A DNA stretch of 61,710 nucleotides from Minisyncoccia bacterium. GTDB lineage: Bacteria; Patescibacteriota; Minisyncoccia; Phycocordibacterales; JAACPR01. A program made the position numbers and the translations under genes. Each line of letters begins with the position of its first letter. The stretch's first letter is position 1. Positions 27,840-37,248 of this stretch are shown piece by piece. The stretch lies in the NCBI GenBank assembly GCA_041740795.1, contig JBGSLH010000004.1:1-61710 (forward strand), given 5' to 3'. The notes under the pieces are model-generated. The model was not told the origin of the DNA. It ran no database searches and saw only the letters and a list, made by a program, of their open reading frames with translations.

Positions 27840-28775
27840 TTAAACAGCATAGCATACGGTTTCTAGGCGAGAAAGGGCGTGTTGTCGGTAGTATATTTTG
27901 TAATCGGGATTAAGGGATTTTATCAGAAAGGGTACTTGCCAGAAGTGTTCTGTCTTATGATATACGCAGATGGCGAGCTTGGGCCTGTTTTTTTTGATGA
28001 TGCCTTGCATTCCTGTGAGGGCTTCAAGCTCCGATCCTTCCACGTCGAGCTTGATGAATGTGATCTTATCTTTCTGTTCTTGAGTCAGAAGGTCATCCAG
28101 TCGAATAACCTCAATAATATCTCCCCCTTCTTCAGTAATGGATGAACCTATACCTCTTTGGTCAAAGTTTATTTTTTTATTTTCTGAATACAGTCCGTAG
28201 GGATAGTATGTCACCTTATCGTCGTTCAAGTTTAAATTTTTGACTTCAGAAACCAGATCCACGAAATTCTTCTTATCTGGTTCAAAACAATAAATATGGT
28301 CAAAATTTCCCGATGATCTTTTTGTAAATTCTCTGACGGTATCTCCGTTGAATCCGCCGCCATCTACGAAACATTCGTTATTAGCAAGAGTGATGATCCC
28401 TTGAGGGAAATATTCATCCGTATTCAAGAGCTGTGTATGCTTTTCGAGCAGTCCATTTTTCTTGAGGTACTCGGTTTCATTCGTATAATCGTAATCTTTT
28501 ATGAAAGCCAGTTGGGTGCGTATGACTTCTTTTGATGTGTCGTCGGTAGTAAGACTTAGAATGGCATCGATATTTTTCCTGTTAGTATGATAAAAAAGAT
28601 CGGTATCCCTCTTCCTCTTGATACGAACTATTTTCCTTGGAATGAGCAGGCCGTAAGTGAGTATCGAATGCAATGCTCCTCTTGAATTTTTTTGTGCAAG
28701 GGAGTTTAGCCAAATTTTCAAGATATTTTTTTCTCGAAGTCCGAGATGATCTGGGCTGCTTTTTTGGTTTTCCAT
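27840..28775 (-). CDS. FkbM-family methyltransferase
   Basis: FVDGGGFNGD, CFEPD, IKLDVEGSE, LAICVYH. Confidence 0.92.
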   Translation of the reverse strand: MENQKSSPDHLGLREKNILKIWLNSLAQKNSRGALHSILTYGLLIPRKIVRIKRKRDTDLFYHTNRKNIDAILSLTTDDTSKEVIRTQLAFIKDYDYTNETEYLKKNGLLEKHTQLLNTDEYFPQGIITLANNECFVDGGGFNGDTVREFTKRSSGNFDHIYCFEPDKKNFVDLVSEVKNLNLNDDKVTYYPYGLYSENKKINFDQRGIGSSITEEGGDIIEVIRLDDLLTQEQKDKITFIKLDVEGSELEALTGMQGIIKKNRPKLAICVYHKTEHFWQVPFLIKSLNPDYKIYYRQHALSRLETVCYAV

Positions 28776-28783
28776 AATAAGAT

Positions 28784-29581
28784 TTATTTTTGTAAGGTCA
28801 GGAAGTAAAACGATCCGAAAGTTGGCAGGTATTTCTCAAGTGCTATGTTTATGTTGAGATATAGTTTAAACAGTTGTGGAAAATCTTTCATCAGTACCTT
28901 TCTGAAACAAGAAGGAATCCTGAATATATGGGCACCTTGTCGCTTGATAATTTTGAAGCCTGCTTTGGTGGCTATACCTTCGATTTTTTTAGGACTGAAG
29001 GTGTAATGCCTGAGTTGTTCCCATCTTGCATTTTTTTCCGTGCACTGATCCAAATCGACAAGAATCTTTCTGTTTTTGAATCTGGACGGTCCATATAAGA
29101 GACTCTTGTTGTTAGGCATTGAGAACAGGACCATTCCACCTGGTTTCATTACTCTGTAGATCTCTGACATTGCCTTGTCATTATCTGGAATGTGTTCCAG
29201 CACTTCAGAACAGACGGCAGTATCGATACAATCGTCCAACAGGGGAATATCGGTAATATCGACTTGTTCAAAAATAATTCTCTCATCGGGACTCAAATTC
29301 TTCTTTGCCTTTTCAAGTTCCTGCCTGTCGTATTCAAAGCAATATATTTTTTTGAATTTTCCTTGAGCTATCTTGGTATATGGACCTCGTCCTGCGCCAG
29401 CATCCAGAAAACTCTTGTCTGCAGAAGAATATTTTTCGATAAAATCCTTGCAGTTTTTTGCCTTGAGTCTGTGGTAAAAGCGATTCACTGTAAAAGGATC
29501 TGTATAGTCCAAGAACGCATCCATGTGAGGTATGTCAATGAGTCGATCTAGGATATCTTTTTGCGGGTGAAGAAAAGTCAT
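28784..29581 (-). CDS. Class I SAM methyltransferase (Methyltransf_11-like)
   Basis: FLDAGAGRG, CSEVLEHI, KPGG. Confidence 0.9.
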   Translation of the reverse strand: MTFLHPQKDILDRLIDIPHMDAFLDYTDPFTVNRFYHRLKAKNCKDFIEKYSSADKSFLDAGAGRGPYTKIAQGKFKKIYCFEYDRQELEKAKKNLSPDERIIFEQVDITDIPLLDDCIDTAVCSEVLEHIPDNDKAMSEIYRVMKPGGMVLFSMPNNKSLLYGPSRFKNRKILVDLDQCTEKNARWEQLRHYTFSPKKIEGIATKAGFKIIKRQGAHIFRIPSCFRKVLMKDFPQLFKLYLNINIALEKYLPTFGSFYFLTLQK

Positions 29582-29765
29582 TTTTGCGTATGTGGAAAAA
29601 TGTTTATTTTCGAGTAATGAACCTGTAATCCTTGAGTACGTTGTATTGAATAAAGTCTGGTTTTTTATAGTTCATAGTGGACCTTGTAGATCATCAGTAT
29701 AATAAGTGTCTGTAATAGTATTATCAATATCTTCATTAGTAAAGTCACGCAACAAGCGGAATGCG

Positions 29766-30716
29766 CTACCGTGTTTTTCTTGCTATGAAGTTGTATGCAT
29801 TCTTCATCAAAAACGGAGCTGTGTTTTCATCGAGCTTCGTATTATCCTCCGTACATACCGAATATCCGATCTCCCTAAAGAACGACAGTACGTCCTGATA
29901 CGTATATCCGTATACTCTGTAGTTGTTTTCCTGCATCTCGAAAAATATATCGGGCGAACATGTCTCTAACAGTTCTTTCGCACCTTTCAATACGAGAAGC
30001 TCTGCACCTTCCGTATCTATTTTTATCAGGTTGATCGGCGGCTTTTTGTTACTTTTCCACCAGATATCAAGGGGTATCGTCTTGACCTGAATGCTTTCCC
30101 CGGATCCCCCTCGTCCTGTATCGATGAATCCGTCTCCGGAGCAGTTTGCTTCGTTGTGCATGAAGAAGGAAACCTCTCCCTCCTTGTCACTTGCGGCATT
30201 GTCAGACAATAGAATCCTGTCAGAAATGTTATTCTCTTTTATTGTCTTTGCAAAAAGCATGTTCTGGTGAGGTGAGGGTTCGAAGGCATGGATTTTTATG
30301 TTCGGATATTCATTAAGCAAATACAGGCTTATCAGCCCTATGTTTGCGCCGATATCTATAAAGTGAGGATGCTCGACACTGATGAGAGACTGTTTCAGAA
30401 ATGTACACGTCTCCTGTTCGTATATGCGGTCGCACATTATATGATTCACGATACCGATTCCTTCTTTTGAACAACTGTAAAATAACTTGTACCCTAAGTA
30501 ATATCGGTATCGGATATGTGGACCATAATTACAGATTCTTTCGAGCAGGTCCATGAGCAGATTTCTCTGTGATTTTTTGGAGATGAAAGGAAATGTGAAT
30601 ATTTGAACAAAAGGCAGTATAAAAAGGTGTGCAGCCTTGAAAAACCGTACGACATAGGCGACTTTTTCCTTATTCGTCGCTATATTGAATTTTCTTATTT
30701 TTGCAGGAATGTTCAT
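29766..30716 (-). CDS. FkbM-family methyltransferase
   Basis: FIDIGANIG, AFEPS, IKIDTEGAE. Confidence 0.92.
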   Translation of the reverse strand: MNIPAKIRKFNIATNKEKVAYVVRFFKAAHLFILPFVQIFTFPFISKKSQRNLLMDLLERICNYGPHIRYRYYLGYKLFYSCSKEGIGIVNHIMCDRIYEQETCTFLKQSLISVEHPHFIDIGANIGLISLYLLNEYPNIKIHAFEPSPHQNMLFAKTIKENNISDRILLSDNAASDKEGEVSFFMHNEANCSGDGFIDTGRGGSGESIQVKTIPLDIWWKSNKKPPINLIKIDTEGAELLVLKGAKELLETCSPDIFFEMQENNYRVYGYTYQDVLSFFREIGYSVCTEDNTKLDENTAPFLMKNAYNFIARKTR

Positions 30717-30727
30717 TGGATATACTT

Positions 30728-31555
30728 TTAAATATTACGTATTTTTGAAATTACTGATAAAAACTTTTGCCTCAAGAACCACCATGGAGTCAGTTCTTTG
30801 TCCCTTTTTGCAAGGATCGGATACTTCTCAAGTTTTCTCCAATCCTGTTGCCAGATCTCATATGCAGAAATAGAAGGAATGCGTTGTGTTTTGCATAGTA
30901 GCGAAAATATGCTTTGATCATGGCGATTTTCGATGAATTCATTAAAATTAGGGGATATGGAAGGACTATCATCTACTAAGTTGAAATTGTTTATGAACAC
31001 ATCAAGCCACTGTCTTAAAATTTCTTCGGAGCGAGCACACTTCCGGACGACAAACGTAGTGGCTGCAACTATCCCTGTATTGTAGATTTTCTGATCATCT
31101 CTCACATTGAAGTGATCAAATATATCGCCTTTGGTGTACTTCTTTTCAAGGTGCGAATAGGATGTCGTTAGATTATCGTCTGCAGCTTTTACCGCTTCCT
31201 GAAAAACAAGAAATCCTATCTCTGTCAATTCTGTCATTTTGAAATAATACTCCAAACGCTCGATACCTTTTTTGTTCAGATGACAGCCAGCATCCGTATA
31301 GAGCAGGATATCTCCGTCTTTTATCTTTGCGAATGTCTGCAAAATTATCTGTGGTTTCCAGGCCCAGTATCCATAACCCCTTGATCCTTTTGCTAGAATT
31401 TCTTTGAAATCTTCCTGAAACTTTGGATCCAGGTTATTTTCGTCATATATGAATATCTCATGAAAGAAATCAAGATTATCAGCCTGATACCTGATACGTT
31501 TCAGTGATTTTTTCATTCGTGAATCGGCAAAGGTGCAGAAATATTTTTTTGACAT
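30728..31555 (-). CDS. Putative glycosyltransferase-like protein
   Basis: GYGYWAWKP, LLYTDAG (DxD-like), RHDQSIFS; located in the glycan cluster. Confidence 0.7.
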   Translation of the reverse strand: MSKKYFCTFADSRMKKSLKRIRYQADNLDFFHEIFIYDENNLDPKFQEDFKEILAKGSRGYGYWAWKPQIILQTFAKIKDGDILLYTDAGCHLNKKGIERLEYYFKMTELTEIGFLVFQEAVKAADDNLTTSYSHLEKKYTKGDIFDHFNVRDDQKIYNTGIVAATTFVVRKCARSEEILRQWLDVFINNFNLVDDSPSISPNFNEFIENRHDQSIFSLLCKTQRIPSISAYEIWQQDWRKLEKYPILAKRDKELTPWWFLRQKFLSVISKIRNI

Positions 31556-31556
31556 G

Positions 31557-33086
31557 TTATTTTATGAGATTCAGTCTTTGCATGATCTTGGTAGAAGAAA
31601 TCCTGAAATCATTCCAATCTTCCGGTTCGACAAATCCAAACAATTTATATAGTACCATAAACAATCCGACACATGCTGGTCCTATAAAAATCAAACTCAC
31701 CATACTTGTTATGTAAGGATAAAGTAGAAATGTCACAATTAGATAAAAAGGAATTGCCGTAGCAACTATCTTTAGTATGAGTTTTTCATGGAGACTTTCT
31801 CGTATGCCAAAGTAATTTTTTTCTGAATATTTGAGCATCCAAAAAATAAACAATACCGAGATAAGATAAGATAGGGCTGCACCACTTATCCCGTATTTTG
31901 GAAGAAGAACAAACAGACAGAGTATGTTGATGCTTGCCATGATAAGCGAACCTATTGTAAGGAACTTTATCTTGTTAAGTGCGGTTAACAAATTGGAAAG
32001 TGGTCCGTAAAGTGCCAATATGAAGTTAGTCATCACAAGAAGGATCAAAACCATGCTGGATTGTTTAGCAAAAGTATCGTCAAGCCAGTACAACAATATT
32101 TTATCGGCTATAAAAGTGATTGAAAGGGAGATTGCGGAAGAAAGAATAATAATCAATCTCATTGACCGTATATATACGCGTTTTATCTTCTCTGTGTCAT
32201 GTAATGCGTTCAGGTTGACGGTGATCGGAAAGAGTAGAGAGGAAAAAGTACTGGAAATACTTGATATTTTTGTAGCAACGCTTCCTGGCACACTATAGTA
32301 TGTAAGTTGAGCATTTCCCAAAAATACAGGAATAAGTAGTTTGTCAAAATGAACCAATGAAGAACTCGCAAGATTATTGAAGGCTACGGAAAGTCCGAAT
32401 CTGTAGTTCTTGAGAATTTCTTCTTGGACCCATTCGTACTTCAGTCGCATGAGAGGAAAAATATTTCTTGCCGTGAAGAAGTAGACTATGTTGTTGAGTA
32501 ATGACAGAAACAATTGCACTACCAGTACTGCAAGTAGTCCAAATCCTGACAATACCAACACCAGCAGGCTTGCGTTTGAGATAAGCATGAAGACCATGCT
32601 TATCTTCACTTGTAGGTCATTTCTCTGAAGTGTAAACAATATATTGCTAAAATTTGCAATCACTGCATTGATAAAAGCGATAATCCCGAGAATGAAAAAA
32701 ATAATCAGATAATTATTACTGGTACCAACACGATCTATGAAAAAAAGTTGAATAATTACCCCAACGCTTGTGCAGGCAAGAAGATAGACGAATGCCAGAA
32801 TAAGATAAACCGAATTCATCGAGTGGAGCATTTTTTTTAGGCGCCTTTCATCTCCAATCGACCGATATTCAATTATATGCTTACTAGTTCCAATACTTAC
32901 ACCCAGGTCAAGTAATCCCAAAAAAACTATAAGGGTATTTAAAAATATGTAGAGGCCGTAATCTTTTGCCCCCCAGTGAGAAATGATAATCGGAGTTATA
33001 AAAAGTATTACCAGGATAGGCAGTACAAAACCAAGGAGATTATAAAGGGAATTCTTCAGTGTGTTCTGTGCCGTGGTGTCAATCAT
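31557..33086 (-). CDS. wzx: Oligosaccharide flippase (Wzx/MOP family)
   Basis: About 12-14 hydrophobic helices; LLDLG and YYSVP signatures; context. Confidence 0.85.
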   Translation of the reverse strand: MIDTTAQNTLKNSLYNLLGFVLPILVILFITPIIISHWGAKDYGLYIFLNTLIVFLGLLDLGVSIGTSKHIIEYRSIGDERRLKKMLHSMNSVYLILAFVYLLACTSVGVIIQLFFIDRVGTSNNYLIIFFILGIIAFINAVIANFSNILFTLQRNDLQVKISMVFMLISNASLLVLVLSGFGLLAVLVVQLFLSLLNNIVYFFTARNIFPLMRLKYEWVQEEILKNYRFGLSVAFNNLASSSLVHFDKLLIPVFLGNAQLTYYSVPGSVATKISSISSTFSSLLFPITVNLNALHDTEKIKRVYIRSMRLIIILSSAISLSITFIADKILLYWLDDTFAKQSSMVLILLVMTNFILALYGPLSNLLTALNKIKFLTIGSLIMASINILCLFVLLPKYGISGAALSYLISVLFIFWMLKYSEKNYFGIRESLHEKLILKIVATAIPFYLIVTFLLYPYITSMVSLIFIGPACVGLFMVLYKLFGFVEPEDWNDFRISSTKIMQRLNLIK

Positions 33087-34290
33087 TGCTTAGGCATTTA
33101 CTATATAGCTCAATATATTTTTTGTAAAATATATCTTTCCTATAGTTGTCTTCGATCAGTTTTCGTGCTTCCTGCTGCTTTTTCATTAGATGTTCGGGAT
33201 CTTCGAACAGGCAAGCGATATTTTGCGCAAGAGATAGGCTGGTTTTGTCTGTTAAGATACCAACATCCTTGGTCACCAGTTCTCGTACGACAGGTATGTC
33301 AAAACCAACTACCGGAACGCCGCAGGCAAGAGCTTCCGCTGCGGAAAGCAGGAAGGTTTCTGCTGCGGAAGCGAAACAGAACACGTCACTCAGGGCATAG
33401 AGTTCCGCAAGTTGTTTTTTGTCATACACATAGCCAGTAGTCCTGACCCTACTACCCTTGATGTTTCCTTCTCCTAGACCAAGGAAATAATACTCGTTGT
33501 TGTTCAGAAGAGTCGCACTCTCTATAATATACCTTATCCCTTTGCTCTTATCGCTGAGATTAGAAGCAGAAAAAAGCACAACTTTTTTGTCTTGGGGAAT
33601 CTTATATTTTAATCTTAAGTCTTTTTTATTGTATATCGGCCTGAATAGATCCGTATCAATTCCATTGAAGATTCTTTCGATTCTGAATTTTCCCAAAAAG
33701 GAATGTTTAATACTTTCCTTTAACCATAAGGAGGGACAGACAATTATCATTTCCTGCTGTCCAAACAGGACAGATTTTTTTCTAGCGAGCATGTATCCTG
33801 TAAAAAAGGAAAAATAATTTTTTGGATATGAATATATATTTGTACACTGTCCTGATCCTGTCTTGCAGTGCGTACAATCCATGCTATGTGCAGGAAGCCA
33901 GGTGATCGGCCACTCATCGTGTAGTGAATACACAATCGGAATTCCTGATTTTTTTAAAAAATCAAGGAGCAGGAAAAAGTTCAGATAATATCCGTGGAGA
34001 TTGTGGATATTTATAAGGTCAAATTTCTCTTTCTGTATGTACCGAATCAGCTTCATCGTAGAAAAATAACTTCCATATCCTTCCAGTCCCAAAAATCTCA
34101 CAAGGAATATGTGAAGATATGTCTCTAATTTGTTTCCAAAATAGAATGCATTTCCGGCTGATTCTCCAGTCTTGCGTCCGTATGCAAAGTGCATGTCAAA
34201 ATCAGTACTGAGGTTTTGGAATAGGTCGCTTGCGACCCTCGCTGCACCACCTTTGCCAATGGTCGTATTGATTATCAGTATTTTTTTCAT
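33079..34290 (-). CDS. Glycosyltransferase family 4 (WcaC-like)
   Basis: GGAARVA, HNLHG, SLHDEW, EALACGVPVV. Confidence 0.9.
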   Translation of the reverse strand: MKKILIINTTIGKGGAARVASDLFQNLSTDFDMHFAYGRKTGESAGNAFYFGNKLETYLHIFLVRFLGLEGYGSYFSTMKLIRYIQKEKFDLINIHNLHGYYLNFFLLLDFLKKSGIPIVYSLHDEWPITWLPAHSMDCTHCKTGSGQCTNIYSYPKNYFSFFTGYMLARKKSVLFGQQEMIIVCPSLWLKESIKHSFLGKFRIERIFNGIDTDLFRPIYNKKDLRLKYKIPQDKKVVLFSASNLSDKSKGIRYIIESATLLNNNEYYFLGLGEGNIKGSRVRTTGYVYDKKQLAELYALSDVFCFASAAETFLLSAAEALACGVPVVGFDIPVVRELVTKDVGILTDKTSLSLAQNIACLFEDPEHLMKKQQEARKLIEDNYRKDIFYKKYIELYSKCLSND

Positions 34291-34360
34291 GGTTATTGTG
34301 AGAAAAGGAGATATTGTTTATTTGTAATCCTTTTTACTATATGCTAAAAATACTACACAT

Positions 34361-36499
34361 ATGACAAAACACAATATCTGGAGCATCTCCATCATCGTAC
34401 TTTTATTCGCAGCATTACTCACTCCCTTAATCGTTGCGGGGAGCCTGTACTTTCCGTTCGTCACTGGAAAGGTGTTCATGATCCGGATAATCGTCTCGCT
34501 GGCGACGGCTCTGTGGCTTGTCCTTATTCTCAAAAAACCTGAGTTCCTGCCGAAGAAAAGCTCAGTACTCATTACTTCTGCAGCATTTGTGGCATGGCTT
34601 GCTTTTGCAAACATCTTTAGTGTCGACTCTTCGAACAGCTTTTTTTCAAACTTTGAACGTATGGAAGGTTGGTTCACACATCTGTACTTATTCCTGTTTC
34701 TTCTTGTTGCATCTTCTGTACTCCAGACAGAAAAATTATGGAACTGGTTTCTTGCAACGTCTGTAATCGTTGCGAACTATATCGCACTGTATGCAACGTT
34801 CGACAGTACTGCTCGAACACAGGCGATTCTGGGAAATTCAACCTATGTAGCCATTTACGCGCTCTTCAATCTCTTTTTTGCTGTACTTCTCGCATATCGG
34901 ATCTACAAAAGTACATTGGACAATATCGCGTTGAAGTACACAGGAATACTGTATTATGTTTTGTCGGTCATTCTCTTTGTGTATGTAATCTTCAGAACGC
35001 AGACACGAGGAACGGTTCTTGCACTCGTATTCTCGACGATCTTGTTTCTGATTCTTTCTGCTATTTCATATTGGAAGAATAAAAAAGTGCGTATTGTCAC
35101 TCTTACACTTGTCATTCTTTCTATTCTTGTTGCAGGACTTTTTTGGCAAAACAGAAACGCTGCGTTCATCCAGAACAATCCGATGCTTGTCAGGGTAGCT
35201 ACGATTTCTGCAAGTGAAGGTACAGGAAAAGCCCGACTAGTGAACTGGAACATTGCGATCAATGGAATAAAAGAAAACCCATTACTTGGATGGGGACAGG
35301 AAAACTATACGTATGTGTTTGCTCAAAAATACGATCCTCGGATGTATGCACAGGAGCCATGGTTCGATCGGACTCACAACGCATTTCTCGACTGGTCTAT
35401 TCAGGGCGGTATTCCGGCATTACTGATCTATCTCGCACTCTTTGCAACTGCCGCATACACATTCAAAGTTTCAACATCACTTACTCGAACCGAAAAGAAC
35501 TTGATGATTTCTCTTTTGGCTGCATACGGAATCCATAATATGTTTGTGTTCGATAACTATTCGAGCTACCTCATGTTCTTCGTCGTACTCGCTTTCGCTA
35601 TTCATCATAGTCAAAAAGAAAAAATAAAAATCATCCTGGATGAAAAGATGAAACAGGCTGCAGTAATATTTTTGGTATTACTTCTCATCCTTGCTTCATA
35701 TTTTACCGTTATAAAACCACTGAGCGCTAGCCGAGAATTGATTACAGTGTTTTCTCAAAAAGATGCATACAAGGTTTTGGATATATATAAAAGTATCCTA
35801 GAAAAAAATTCGTTTGGAAGTGATGAGACCACAATACGTCTCTTGAGTGAGGCAAATAATTTCATGAAGGTGGACAATGCTGAATTTCAGAAAGCATACC
35901 TAGACTTTTCAACAAAAGCCGGTGAAGAGATGATCGTCCGTGGTCCAGATGATGTCCGACGACTTGAAACGTATGGAACATACCTGTATCAGGTAGGAGA
36001 TATTTCAAAGTCAATCAGTATCTTGGAAAAAGCACAAACTCTTGCGCCCAATCGACACAACAATCTCTACACTCTCGGCTTTGCCTATATCGAAAACAAG
36101 CAGTTGGACAAGGCGATGGAAGTATTCAAACATGCATACGAGCAGCTTCCTGAAAATGAGACTGCGAGAACCTACTATGGAGCAGTGCTTCTTTTGAGCG
36201 GTGATACAAAGGGAAAAGATTTTATAGGAAACTATTCCTATAAGAATCCAATCTTCCTCCTCGCATTCGGAAAAACGAAGCAGTACAAGGAAGTGATCAA
36301 AATACGTGAACAATTCAAATCTGACAATCCTACTGATTATCAGAATCAGGTTTCGCTTGCGGTAGCCTACGTTCTTGATAAACAGCCTGCAAAAGCGATC
36401 CAGATCTTGAGAGAAGTGCAAAAAGCCGTGCCGGAATTCAAGGCACAAGGAGATGCGTTGATCAGGGATATCCAGACAGGGAAGAGTATCGTGAAATAG
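34361..36499 (+). CDS. O-antigen ligase / oligosaccharyltransferase family protein with C-terminal TPR
   Basis: Multi-TM; TQTRGT, RLVNWNIA, GWGQENY, RTHNAFLD, HNMFVFDN; TPR-like helices. Confidence 0.88.
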   Translation: MTKHNIWSISIIVLLFAALLTPLIVAGSLYFPFVTGKVFMIRIIVSLATALWLVLILKKPEFLPKKSSVLITSAAFVAWLAFANIFSVDSSNSFFSNFERMEGWFTHLYLFLFLLVASSVLQTEKLWNWFLATSVIVANYIALYATFDSTARTQAILGNSTYVAIYALFNLFFAVLLAYRIYKSTLDNIALKYTGILYYVLSVILFVYVIFRTQTRGTVLALVFSTILFLILSAISYWKNKKVRIVTLTLVILSILVAGLFWQNRNAAFIQNNPMLVRVATISASEGTGKARLVNWNIAINGIKENPLLGWGQENYTYVFAQKYDPRMYAQEPWFDRTHNAFLDWSIQGGIPALLIYLALFATAAYTFKVSTSLTRTEKNLMISLLAAYGIHNMFVFDNYSSYLMFFVVLAFAIHHSQKEKIKIILDEKMKQAAVIFLVLLLILASYFTVIKPLSASRELITVFSQKDAYKVLDIYKSILEKNSFGSDETTIRLLSEANNFMKVDNAEFQKAYLDFSTKAGEEMIVRGPDDVRRLETYGTYLYQVGDISKSISILEKAQTLAPNRHNNLYTLGFAYIENKQLDKAMEVFKHAYEQLPENETARTYYGAVLLLSGDTKGKDFIGNYSYKNPIFLLAFGKTKQYKEVIKIREQFKSDNPTDYQNQVSLAVAYVLDKQPAKAIQILREVQKAVPEFKAQGDALIRDIQTGKSIVK

Positions 36500-36534
36500 A
36501 CTTGCGTTATTTCAGATGTGTGATATGATGTTGA

Positions 36535-36600
36535 AGTGAGTGTTGGTATATCCAACTCCACGAATGTCTGCGAAAAAGCCACCGTAAGGTGGCTTTTTCG
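36535..36600 (+). ncRNA. Candidate small RNA 4 (about 65 nt)
   Basis: TTGCGT-16-TGaTATGAT(36524) promoter; ends in terminator 36571-36600. Confidence 0.5.
36571..36600. terminator. Perfect bidirectional terminator
   Basis: CGAAAAAGCCACC-GTAA-GGTGGCTTTTTCG. Confidence 0.85.
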
Positions 36601-36693
36601 TTATCTGGTTTTATACGGGCTTTGTTGACCAACGGGTGCCAACTCCAAGTGAATGCCTAAGTGAGTGCAGCCGTTGGTCAGCACAACCAACAT
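36571..36693 (-). ncRNA. Candidate small RNA 5 / leaderless 30-aa ORF (36693-36601)
   Basis: Minus-strand TTGTTA(36728-36723)-17-TATACT(36705-36700); ATG at predicted TSS; long hairpin 36622-36686. Confidence 0.5.
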
Positions 36694-37036
36694 GTACACA
36701 GTATAAGAGTTTTCATAATAAATAACAATCGAAAAGTGGATGAAACTTTATAAAAAATTTATGTCACAAATATTTTGTGCGCCTCCTTCGGCTGCTTCAG
36801 AATTATTTCCAAAGCAAATCTTTTACAAAAATTTTAAAAAATAAATCTAAAAATTATTTTTTAAAAAACTTTTTTCAAAAATAAAATAAAAAAATAAAAA
36901 ATATTTTTTTTAGTTATCCACAAAATATTTTTATAAAAAATTGTTTTATATTTTATATGAGAGAAAATGAATAGAGGTAATAATTAATTAAGTCGAAATT
37001 ATTGCTTATAATTATAGGTAATTATTTTTCAAAAAA

Positions 37037-37180
37037 ATGCCAGCAAAAAAGAAAGCAGTAAAAAAAGTAGCGAAGAAAAAAGTTGCTAAAAAAGCTGCTC
37101 CAAAAAAGAAGGTTGCAAAGAAAACAGTTAAAAAAACTGTAAAGAAAGTTGCAAAGAAGAAAACTACAAAGAAAAAATAG
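37037..37180 (+). CDS. Histone H1-like lysine-rich protein, 47 aa (not in ORF track)
   Basis: MPAKKKAVKKVAKKKVAKKAAPKKKVAKKTVKKTVKKVAKKKTTKKK; followed by terminator. Confidence 0.85.
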   Translation: MPAKKKAVKKVAKKKVAKKAAPKKKVAKKTVKKTVKKVAKKKTTKKK

Positions 37181-37187
37181 TTTTCAA

Positions 37188-37218
37188 GAAAAACCCCGCG
37201 CTCTGCGCGGGGTTTTTC
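37188..37218 (+). terminator. Intrinsic terminator
   Basis: GAAAAACCCCGCGC-TCT-GCGCGGGGTTTTTC. Confidence 0.85.
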
Positions 37219-37248
37219 AATATATGCGAATCATGCTATATTTGGTCA

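Noticed and set aside
29665-29736. Hydrophobic 23-aa ORF MKILIILLQTLIILMIYKVHYEL (minus)
   Set aside because: Expected by chance in AT-rich DNA; no promoter support; overlaps likely remnant frames
36601-36693. Assignment as Fst/Ldr toxin
   Set aside because: Peptide lacks a TM helix and the APxxxG...W pattern; only the locus layout is similar
36730-37036. Replication origin
   Set aside because: Only one perfect DnaA box, no dnaA/dnaN nearby, no strand switch in gene orientation
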